From a virus (Duplodnaviria > Caudoviricetes): 27,761 nt of DNA. The stretch is taken from the IMG/VR virus record IMGVR_UViG_3300005512_000264, positions 1 through 27,761 of that record; one strand, 5' to 3'. The notes beneath the pieces were generated by a model. It did not search any database, was not told where the DNA came from, and worked only from the letters and a program-made list of their open reading frames with translations. Position numbers and translations under genes: made by a program. Positions 6,878-13,661 of this stretch are shown in pieces; positions within the stretch are counted from its first letter, which is position 1; each line of letters begins with the position of its first letter.

Positions 6878-7946
6878 ATTCTTCTGGGAGCGATTCAAGG
6901 CGAGCAAGCTCGCGAAGTTCGACCCGAATGCCGGCTGGGATTTCAAGATTGAGCAGCCGCAATGGGTGCTCAAGAAGCTGATCCCGGCGCGCTCGATTGG
7001 CATGGTCTACGGGCCGAGCAACTCGGGGAAGTCGCACATCATCTGCGATCTGATCGCCGTCATGCTGCACGGCAAAACCGAATGGCAGGGTCGGGAATTG
7101 CGGCCGGGGCCGGTGCTCATGTTTTCGGAGAGCCTGGGGCATATCCAGGCGCGGATGAAAGCATACGTCACGGCGATCCCCGGCGAGCTGGCCTTTCCTT
7201 TTTATTCGCTGCCGAATCTATCGCTCGACATTCGCGACATTGATCTCGTTCAGGCATGGATTGCATCGATGGACGAGCCGCCGAGCTTGCTGATATTTGA
7301 CACACTGGCGACGGCGTTTTCGTTTGACGAGAACGACAACCGGGAGGCGTCGAAACTGATCGCGATGCTCGAGAGCAAAATCCTGCCACTACTGCCGCCA
7401 CACTCGACGATCATCATCGTACACCACACCAGCAAAGTGTCCGAAGGGCGATCCGCCAGGGGCGCGTCGGCGCTGATTGGGAACATCGATTATTCGATCA
7501 ATGTCATGTATGACAAAAAGCAAAACCTGACGATTGCGACCTGGGAAAAAGATCGCTGGCGCCTGGTCGAGGAGCCGCCGGTCTGGGCCGGCACCATGCA
7601 CCGGGTGCCGGTCGAGTTCGAGAACGGTTCCGCCGATATCTCTATCCTCGATTGGAAGCCATACGACTCCGAGGCTGCCGAGCTCGCGGATCGGCTCGCT
7701 GAGGAGATAAAAAACCAGAACATTCGCGACGAGGTGATTGAATTGGTGGAGCAAAATCTCGGCGGGTATGTTCACACCAAACCGGGCGCCAGGGTGCCGG
7801 CGGGTCATTCCGCGATCACGTTCCCCGACAAATACAAAAACCGCCGCCAGGAAATTCACGATTTTATTCGCGAGAAATTCGACACCGCTGACGTCGTGAC
7901 GAGTCACGGTAATGTCACCGGCTTTACGGTCATCGGGAGGCGTTAA
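6858..7946 (+). CDS. Replicative helicase, AAA_25 / RepA-like SF4
   Basis: Walker A YGPSNSGKS, Walker B LLIFDTL, DEND, IIVHHTSK, RGASAL. Confidence 0.9.
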   Translation: MEWEKDEFFWERFKASKLAKFDPNAGWDFKIEQPQWVLKKLIPARSIGMVYGPSNSGKSHIICDLIAVMLHGKTEWQGRELRPGPVLMFSESLGHIQARMKAYVTAIPGELAFPFYSLPNLSLDIRDIDLVQAWIASMDEPPSLLIFDTLATAFSFDENDNREASKLIAMLESKILPLLPPHSTIIIVHHTSKVSEGRSARGASALIGNIDYSINVMYDKKQNLTIATWEKDRWRLVEEPPVWAGTMHRVPVEFENGSADISILDWKPYDSEAAELADRLAEEIKNQNIRDEVIELVEQNLGGYVHTKPGARVPAGHSAITFPDKYKNRRQEIHDFIREKFDTADVVTSHGNVTGFTVIGRR

Positions 7947-7979
7947 AAACGGCGTAGGTATGCGGAAAATCAGGGTAAG

Positions 7980-8110
7980 TGTAAAATATGTTTACGAAAT
8001 GTTGTCGAAGTATCAATTCCCTATATATATATATATATCGACAACATTTTCACAAGACACCCTAACCGGGGGCTTTATCAGCACCCCGGCGCCCTTGGGG
8101 GGCGCCTGGG
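7980..8110. other. Putative replication origin
   Basis: AT-rich non-coding stretch directly after the helicase. 12-bp inverted repeat (7997-8008/8038-8049) around (TA)8T, followed by GC-rich hairpins. Confidence 0.55.
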
Positions 8111-8171
8111 GGAGCAGACAAACCCTATCCCGGAAAGGAGTGTCTAGTGTCCCCGGCGGAACAAATTAGCG

Positions 8172-8417
8172 ATGAGCCTGGACGTCGACACAATCGCGGT
8201 GATCAAGGCGCTCGACGAGGCGACCGGGCGCTCGACCAGCTACACCGAGATTCGCCACACGTTTCAGTTCTACGGCGGAAACCGCCGCGCTCTGGCGGAA
8301 ACACTCGAGCGCGTCGTCGCGCAGTTCCCGGACTGCGTTGAATGGGATATGCGGCTCGGTCATGGTCGGCTGCTCGAGACCTGGGTCCGGGTCAAGGCGC
8401 CCATCGGGCCGATCTGA
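8172..8417 (+). CDS. Hypothetical protein
   Basis: 81-aa ORF with genome-typical codon usage (CTC GAG, ATC). Start uncertain, see findings. Confidence 0.65.
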   Translation: MSLDVDTIAVIKALDEATGRSTSYTEIRHTFQFYGGNRRALAETLERVVAQFPDCVEWDMRLGHGRLLETWVRVKAPIGPI

Positions 8418-8420
8418 AAA

Positions 8421-8440
8421 TACTGTATGAATTAACAGTG
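8421..8440. promoter_or_regulatory. LexA (SOS) box, gamma/betaproteobacterial type
   Basis: TACTGTATGAATTAACAGTG matches CTGT-N8-ACAG with AT-rich centre and TA flank. Intergenic and next to promoter elements. Confidence 0.75.
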
Positions 8441-8449
8441 TGAAAATAA

Positions 8450-8478
8450 TTTACAGGGGGAGGGGAGAGGAGTAGATT
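8450..8478 (+). promoter_or_regulatory. Sigma70 promoter for small-gene operon
   Basis: TTTACA (8450-8455), 17 nt, TAGATT (8473-8478), with AT-rich upstream sequence. Confidence 0.65.
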
Positions 8479-8524
8479 TAACACATGGCCGGGGTGGTCT
8501 CGGTCAAGAAAGGGAGAGAACGAA

Positions 8525-8758
8525 ATGAAATTTGAAGTCGGAACAACTTACAAAACCCGAAGCGCCTGCAACCATGATTGCATCATTGAAGTGCCGGTTC
8601 TGAAGCGCACAGAAAAAACGATCCGCACAATCGTACACGGCAGAGAAAAGACCCTTCGCATTGGCTTGACTAGCCAGGGCGTTGAATTTGTCTGCCCCTG
8701 GGGTCGTCACTCAATGGCGCCTCTGGTTGACGCAACCGACAAGAATCTGGCCGCGTAA
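8525..8758 (+). CDS. Conserved phage hypothetical protein
   Basis: Strong RBS AAAGGGAGAG. MKFEVGTTYKTRSACNHDC...KRTEKT...SMAP pattern familiar from phage hypotheticals. Confidence 0.85.
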   Translation: MKFEVGTTYKTRSACNHDCIIEVPVLKRTEKTIRTIVHGREKTLRIGLTSQGVEFVCPWGRHSMAPLVDATDKNLAA

Positions 8759-8786
8759 GCGGCCTCAACCAAAGGGAGAGAAAAAA

Positions 8787-8966
8787 ATGCCAAACATCGG
8801 AGAGCACTGGATCGCCCTGGCGGTCGTCGCGATCATCGCGGCATTTTCGATCGCCGGCAATGGCGACCTCGAGGAAGCGGAGCGAGCGCAGGCTGAATAC
8901 TGCGTGAATGTTGAGTCGGGCGCCTGGCCGGATTATCGCGGAGTATATGGGGAGGTGTGTCAGTGA
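8787..8966 (+). CDS. Small membrane-anchored protein (59 aa)
   Basis: RBS AAAGGGAGAG at 8771-8780. TM segment WIALAVVAIIAAFSIAG, then YC...WPDY...C. Confidence 0.8.
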   Translation: MPNIGEHWIALAVVAIIAAFSIAGNGDLEEAERAQAEYCVNVESGAWPDYRGVYGEVCQ

Positions 8967-9112
8967 AGCTCTGCCCAGAATGCGGCCAGGTCAACGGCCA
9001 TCATCCCAACTGCCCAGACTATGACGAGCGTGATTTCGTCGAGGAGCCTGATATATTTGACGCCTACAGAGAACAGCGAGACAGAGAGGGCGACAATGTA
9101 TGTCAGCGATAG
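8963..9112 (+). CDS. Small zinc-finger-like protein (49 aa, not in ORF track)
   Basis: GTGA overlap, SD GGAGGTG 8951-8957. MKLCPECGQVNGHHPNCPDYDERDFVEEPDIFDAYREQRDREGDNVCQR. Confidence 0.75.
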   Translation: MKLCPECGQVNGHHPNCPDYDERDFVEEPDIFDAYREQRDREGDNVCQR

Positions 9113-9302
9113 GCTGCAAAAGATTCTTGCAACGATGGGAAGCGAGGATTGCGATATTGCGATCCGAGCTGGTCATGCGATGGCGGAGAGGTTCCGCGAG
9201 GATATGGCAATCACGCAAGACCTCAGAGTCGTGAAGCTATCAGAATGCAAGGAGCCGCCGCTCGAGATTATCCGATTCCAAAGGAGACCAGGGGATGAAT
9301 GA
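9096..9302 (+). CDS. Hypothetical protein (68 aa)
   Basis: ATG 9096 with GAGGG SD. Overlaps both neighbours in the coupled operon. Confidence 0.7.
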   Translation: MYVSDRLQKILATMGSEDCDIAIRAGHAMAERFREDMAITQDLRVVKLSECKEPPLEIIRFQRRPGDE

Positions 9303-9558
9303 TTCCGTCAACTCGCCACAGCATTACCGCACCGGCGACATTGAATGTATTGCTGCCATCGAGTCGGCGATGACACATGAGGAGTTCGCCGGGTATTTGC
9401 GCGGTAACGTGATCAAATATATCTGGCGTTACGATAAGAAACACCGCCACGACATTGAGCTGGCGCGGCAAGACCTCGAGAAAGCGCAGTGGTATCTCCA
9501 TCGACTGATTCACCTGGGCATAAAAAAATGGGGGGTGGGGGGTTCCGATCCTGACTGA
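9295..9558 (+). CDS. DUF3310 family protein (T7 gp1.7/SaV-like, putative nucleotide kinase)
   Basis: DSVNSPQHY...IECI...GNVIKYIWRY...DLEKAQWYL signature. Confidence 0.88.
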   Translation: MNDSVNSPQHYRTGDIECIAAIESAMTHEEFAGYLRGNVIKYIWRYDKKHRHDIELARQDLEKAQWYLHRLIHLGIKKWGVGGSDPD

Positions 9559-9593
9559 TATTATTGATACCCCCCCCCACCAGGTCGCACAGA

Positions 9594-10244
9594 ATGATCA
9601 CCGCGAAATCAGACATCGGAAAGTTCAAGTCGCTGCTGCCGAAGATCAGAAAAAAGATCATGTACGCCGAGAGCGAGGCACTCAACCAGACCGCGAACAT
9701 TGCGGCCAGAGCTCAACGCGCGCAGGCTGAAAAGGTATTCGACAGGCCGACGCCGTTTTTGCTGAACGGGATATTCCGTCCGGGCGGGAAGATGGGATTC
9801 ATCGGTGTTTTTTCAAGATGGAACACGCTGCGCGCCGAGCTGATTCCTGGCGGACCTCGAGGGCGGTTCGGCGTCCCTGGTCGTCGGATCAATGACGTCG
9901 TGCGCTTGCAGGCAATGGGCGGGACGCGCACACCGCAAAAGCGCGCGCTGCCGGTCCCCACGCTCAAGATGAGAAAGAACAAATACGGAAACCTGAGTCA
10001 GGCGGCAGTCCGCAGTCTGTTAAATAAAAAAGATCATGTGCAGCTCGGTCTCCGGGATGGTGTGGCACCGGGCATATATCGCCGATATAGGGACGGGCGG
10101 CTGGTGATGCTGATCGCCTGGGAGCCGGTCACGCAATATCGGAATATCTTTCCTTATCACCGGATCGCCGACGGTGTGTTTAGCAACAACTTCACCAAAG
10201 AGCTCGCAAAGGCGTTCGACTCTGAAATGTCGCGATTGAAATGA
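9594..10244 (+). CDS. Basic neck/tail-completion-like protein (lambda gpZ / HK97 gp10-like, tentative)
   Basis: ALNQTA...VFDRPTPF motif, very basic. This type of protein is often encoded just upstream of terminase. Confidence 0.55.
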   Translation: MITAKSDIGKFKSLLPKIRKKIMYAESEALNQTANIAARAQRAQAEKVFDRPTPFLLNGIFRPGGKMGFIGVFSRWNTLRAELIPGGPRGRFGVPGRRINDVVRLQAMGGTRTPQKRALPVPTLKMRKNKYGNLSQAAVRSLLNKKDHVQLGLRDGVAPGIYRRYRDGRLVMLIAWEPVTQYRNIFPYHRIADGVFSNNFTKELAKAFDSEMSRLK

Positions 10245-10627
10245 AAAAAAACTTTTTTGTTGCGGATATGCCCCAGGGGGGGGCGGGGCTTGTTCCCGAG
10301 CGCGCGGGGGGGTTGAGGGGGTGGCCGGGGTCGAGGGGCAAAGCCCGGCGGCCGATCGCGATGCTGCCGCATTCAGCTCTCAAGATTCTCGGTGATGAGT
10401 AACAACGCAAGCCGACGACTCGGCTCCGATCGAGCCGGGCCGAATCGCACCGCAATCCCCGGCGCAGCGAATAACCTGCTCGGCCCACTCAACCCGCCGC
10501 CACAAGGCGCCGCACAAGCCGCAGGAGCGACGCTGGCGCAAGCAGCACCGGAACACTCGCAAACCGAGAAAGTCGACCAGAGAGCTGCTCAGGGCTTCAG
10601 GGGGTGCGGGGGGTGCGGGGGGGCTGC

Positions 10628-10776
10628 AAAAGGTACTATGACAGGCAAAGCGTCGCGGGTGATTCGCGAGCGCGGTCTTTGCATTCTGCGAGGAAATTGC
10701 ATTTCGGGAATAATGAAGTGTTACCAAAAGTAACGGGAGTGTGAATGCCGGTAACAACAAGGGGTAAAAACGTAAC
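10628..10776 (+). other. Putative cos packaging region
   Basis: AGGTACT (cosQ-like), GACAGG and TCGCGGGT..TTCGC about 80-115 nt upstream of the small terminase, resembling lambda cos flanks. Confidence 0.5.
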
Positions 10777-11248
10777 ACGCCAAGAGGTCGCCGACCTGTT
10801 TGGTGTGTCACATACTACGGTCGACGCCTGGATCAAGCGCGGGATGCCGGTCTCCGAGCGCGGCAGTCGCGGCAAGCCCTGGCGGATCAACACGGCGGAG
10901 GTTTCCGCATGGCTCGAGCAACGTGCCAAGGAATCCGCCGCCGGTGGCGACCAGGCCGACGAGCGCGAGCTGAAGCGCCGCAAGCTCGCAGCGGAGACCG
11001 CAAAAGTCGAGCTCGAGCTGGCGAAGGTACGCGGCGAGGTCGTGCCACTGGCGCAACTAGAGCGCGCTCTCGCCAATACATTCGCCGAGATTAAAACGAA
11101 CATCCGCTCGGTCCCGAGCCGGGTGGCGACCGCGATCATCGGCGAGTCAAACGAGACTCGGATCAAGGCCGTGATTCTGAAGGAGCTCGATCAGGCGCTC
11201 GAGGCGCTCGGCGACTTCGACCTGGAGCCGGATGACGATGACGAGTGA
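10745..11248 (+). CDS. terS: Terminase small subunit (lambda Nu1-like)
   Basis: N-terminal wHTH (VTRQEVADLFGVSHTTVDAWIKRGMP), coiled coil ELELAKVRGEVV, directly upstream of terL. Confidence 0.92.
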   Translation: MPVTTRGKNVTRQEVADLFGVSHTTVDAWIKRGMPVSERGSRGKPWRINTAEVSAWLEQRAKESAAGGDQADERELKRRKLAAETAKVELELAKVRGEVVPLAQLERALANTFAEIKTNIRSVPSRVATAIIGESNETRIKAVILKELDQALEALGDFDLEPDDDDE

Positions 11249-13070
11249 GTTCGACAACTTCGACGGATTGCGGCGGACTATTGGCGCCGCTGCGCGTCAT
11301 CTAAAGCCGCCGCCGAATCTGAAGCCGAGCGAATGGGCGGAGCAGAATGTCCGCGTCCCGATTGGTAACGCGGTCCCCGGCTTGATTCGATTCGATCACG
11401 CGCCATACCAGCGCGAGCCGCTGGATATGACCGCTAACCCGGAATGCCAGCGAATCACGCTCATGTGGTCCGCCCAGGTCGGGAAAACGATGCTCGCGCT
11501 ATGCGCCCAGGCGTTCAAGATCGGGCAAGACCCGCAAAGCCAAATAATGATGCAGCCGTCGCAAGGTGATCTTTCGACTTGGATCGAGACCAAATTCAAT
11601 CCGTTGGTGGAGAGTAACGACCAGCTCCAGGCGTTGATCGCGAAGCCGCGCGGCCGGGAGGGCGTGAACAATCAGCGCATGAAGTCATACCCCGGCGGCT
11701 TTTTGATGTTCTCCTGGTCGGGATCACCCAAAACAATGCGCGGCCGTTCGGCGCCTTTCATTGTCTGCGACGAGACTGACGGCTATGACAAAAGCCAAGA
11801 GGGTCATCCGGTGTCGCTACTCTGGCAGCGCGCAGCCACATTTGGCGACCGGCGGAAGCTCCTCGAGATCAGTACGCCAACGATCAAAAATGCAAGCTGG
11901 ATCGAGGACTCTTATGTCCAAGGGGATCAGCGACATTTCTACGTTCCGTGTCCGAGCTGTGATCACCGCCAGCAACTGGTCTGGTCGAGCGTCATCTGGG
12001 ACGAGGATCAACCGGAGACCGCAAAATACGCTTGCACCGGGTGCGGCGTTATGTGGTCAGACGGCGAGCGCATCGCGGCGATCAGGCGCGGCGAATGGCG
12101 AGGGGCGAGAGAGTTCCGAGGCCATGCCAGCTATCACCTGAACGAGCTATATTCGTGTTTCAGAAAGCTCGGCGATATCGCGCAATCATTCCTCGAGAAA
12201 AAGCGAAGCGGCGATCTCCAGACCTTTGTGAATGTTTCCTTGGCGGAAACTTGGGAGGAATCGGGCGACAGCGTTGATCAGGATATGCTCGAGACTCGCG
12301 CGGAGGATTGGGGCGAGACCTGGCCGGCGGAGGTCGTTACGGTCGTCGCCGGGGTCGACGTCCAGGACGACCGGCTCGAGCTGGAGCTGGTGGGTGTCGG
12401 GCGGGACGAGGAAACCTGGTCGCTTGAGTATATGGTTCTCCCCGGCGACCCCAGTGCCCCCCAAGTGTGGGCTGACCTGGACGCGGTACTGTTCGCCAGC
12501 TATGAAACCGCCGACGGTCGCGAGCTGGGCGTTCGCGCGACTTGCATCGATACCGGCGGACATCACACCCAGGCGACTTATCGATACATCAAAACGCGCG
12601 AGGCGCGGCGGGTGTTTGGGATCAAGGGTGTCGGCGGTGAAGGTCGTCCGCTGGTCGGGCGCCCGAGCAAAAACAATATCGGCAAGGTGAGGCTATATCC
12701 GGTCGGGTCGGACACTGCGAAAGAGCTGGTTTATGGCCGGCTGAAGATCACCGAGCCCGGACCTGGATACTGTCACTTTCCCGACAATCGTGATCCCGAG
12801 TATTTTCTCCAGCTCACGGCGGAGCAGCTCGTCACTCGATACATTCGCGGCCATGCGAAACGCCAATGGGTAAAGAAACGCCGAAGGAATGAAGCTCTCG
12901 ACGTTCGATGTTATGCTATGGCGGCGCTATATATTTCCGGTCTCAATGTCAATATACTAGCGGACAAAATCGCGGACCAGCGAATCAATGGTAGCGGTGA
13001 AAGACCCGAGCGCAAAAAGCAACCGGCGAATTCAAGAAAATCGGGCGGATTCGTTAATAACTGGAGGTAG
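11232..13070 (+). CDS. terL: Terminase large subunit (lambda GpA family)
   Basis: PYQREP, Walker A SAQVGKT, CDETDGY, ISTPT, nuclease motifs AGVDVQDDR, IDTGG, RNEALD. Confidence 0.96.
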   Translation: MTMTSEFDNFDGLRRTIGAAARHLKPPPNLKPSEWAEQNVRVPIGNAVPGLIRFDHAPYQREPLDMTANPECQRITLMWSAQVGKTMLALCAQAFKIGQDPQSQIMMQPSQGDLSTWIETKFNPLVESNDQLQALIAKPRGREGVNNQRMKSYPGGFLMFSWSGSPKTMRGRSAPFIVCDETDGYDKSQEGHPVSLLWQRAATFGDRRKLLEISTPTIKNASWIEDSYVQGDQRHFYVPCPSCDHRQQLVWSSVIWDEDQPETAKYACTGCGVMWSDGERIAAIRRGEWRGAREFRGHASYHLNELYSCFRKLGDIAQSFLEKKRSGDLQTFVNVSLAETWEESGDSVDQDMLETRAEDWGETWPAEVVTVVAGVDVQDDRLELELVGVGRDEETWSLEYMVLPGDPSAPQVWADLDAVLFASYETADGRELGVRATCIDTGGHHTQATYRYIKTREARRVFGIKGVGGEGRPLVGRPSKNNIGKVRLYPVGSDTAKELVYGRLKITEPGPGYCHFPDNRDPEYFLQLTAEQLVTRYIRGHAKRQWVKKRRRNEALDVRCYAMAALYISGLNVNILADKIADQRINGSGERPERKKQPANSRKSGGFVNNWR

Positions 13071-13073
13071 GAA

Positions 13074-13661
13074 TTGGCAAACCTATTTGATGCCGCAGCC
13101 GCGCCGGAGGGCGAACCGTCCGAGATCGTCGTCGGCGACTATATTCAATGGAAGCGGTCAGACCTGACGACCGACTACCCGACCGCCGACTACACCGCCA
13201 CATATGTCGCCCGGATTACCGGCGGCGGGGCAAGTGAGATACAGATCACCGGCACCGCGTCGAATGGCGCCTATCTTTTCACGGCTGACTCGACCACATC
13301 GGCGGATTTCAATCCGGGCTATTATCACTGGCAACTCGAAATTGTCCGCAATTCCGACAGCAATCGGATCGTGGTGGATCGCGGCGCGTTCACGGCAATC
13401 GTTGACCTTGATGTCAACAACAGCGACCCGCGCACTCATGCCGAGAAAATGCTGACAAAAATCGAATCGCTGCTCGAGGGTCGAGCCGACTCCGACGTCG
13501 CAAATTATTCGATCCAGGGTCGCAGTCTGACCAAACTCTCCATCGATGAGCTGGTCAAATGGCGCGACTATTATCAATCCGAGGTCAACAGAACCAAGCG
13601 CCTCGAGGAAATCAAGCTCGGTCGCAAAACGTCGGCCACGGTTAAAGTGAGATTCATCTGA
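13074..13661 (+). CDS. Head-tail joining protein (gpW-like C-terminus with beta-rich N-terminal extension)
   Basis: Between terL and portal. C-terminal YSIQGRSLTKLSIDEL. TTG start with GGAGGT SD. Confidence 0.75.
   Translation: MANLFDAAAAPEGEPSEIVVGDYIQWKRSDLTTDYPTADYTATYVARITGGGASEIQITGTASNGAYLFTADSTTSADFNPGYYHWQLEIVRNSDSNRIVVDRGAFTAIVDLDVNNSDPRTHAEKMLTKIESLLEGRADSDVANYSIQGRSLTKLSIDELVKWRDYYQSEVNRTKRLEEIKLGRKTSATVKVRFI

Noticed and set aside
7912-8169. 85-aa ORF across the origin
   Set aside because: It translates the TA repeat (IYIYI) and hairpins, so non-coding is more plausible.
10241-10733. ORFs in the pre-terminase region (ATG 10241 short ORF, 10392..10733, minus-strand ORFs)
   Set aside because: Low-complexity translations of G-runs with no clear SD or family motifs. 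They cannot be fully excluded.
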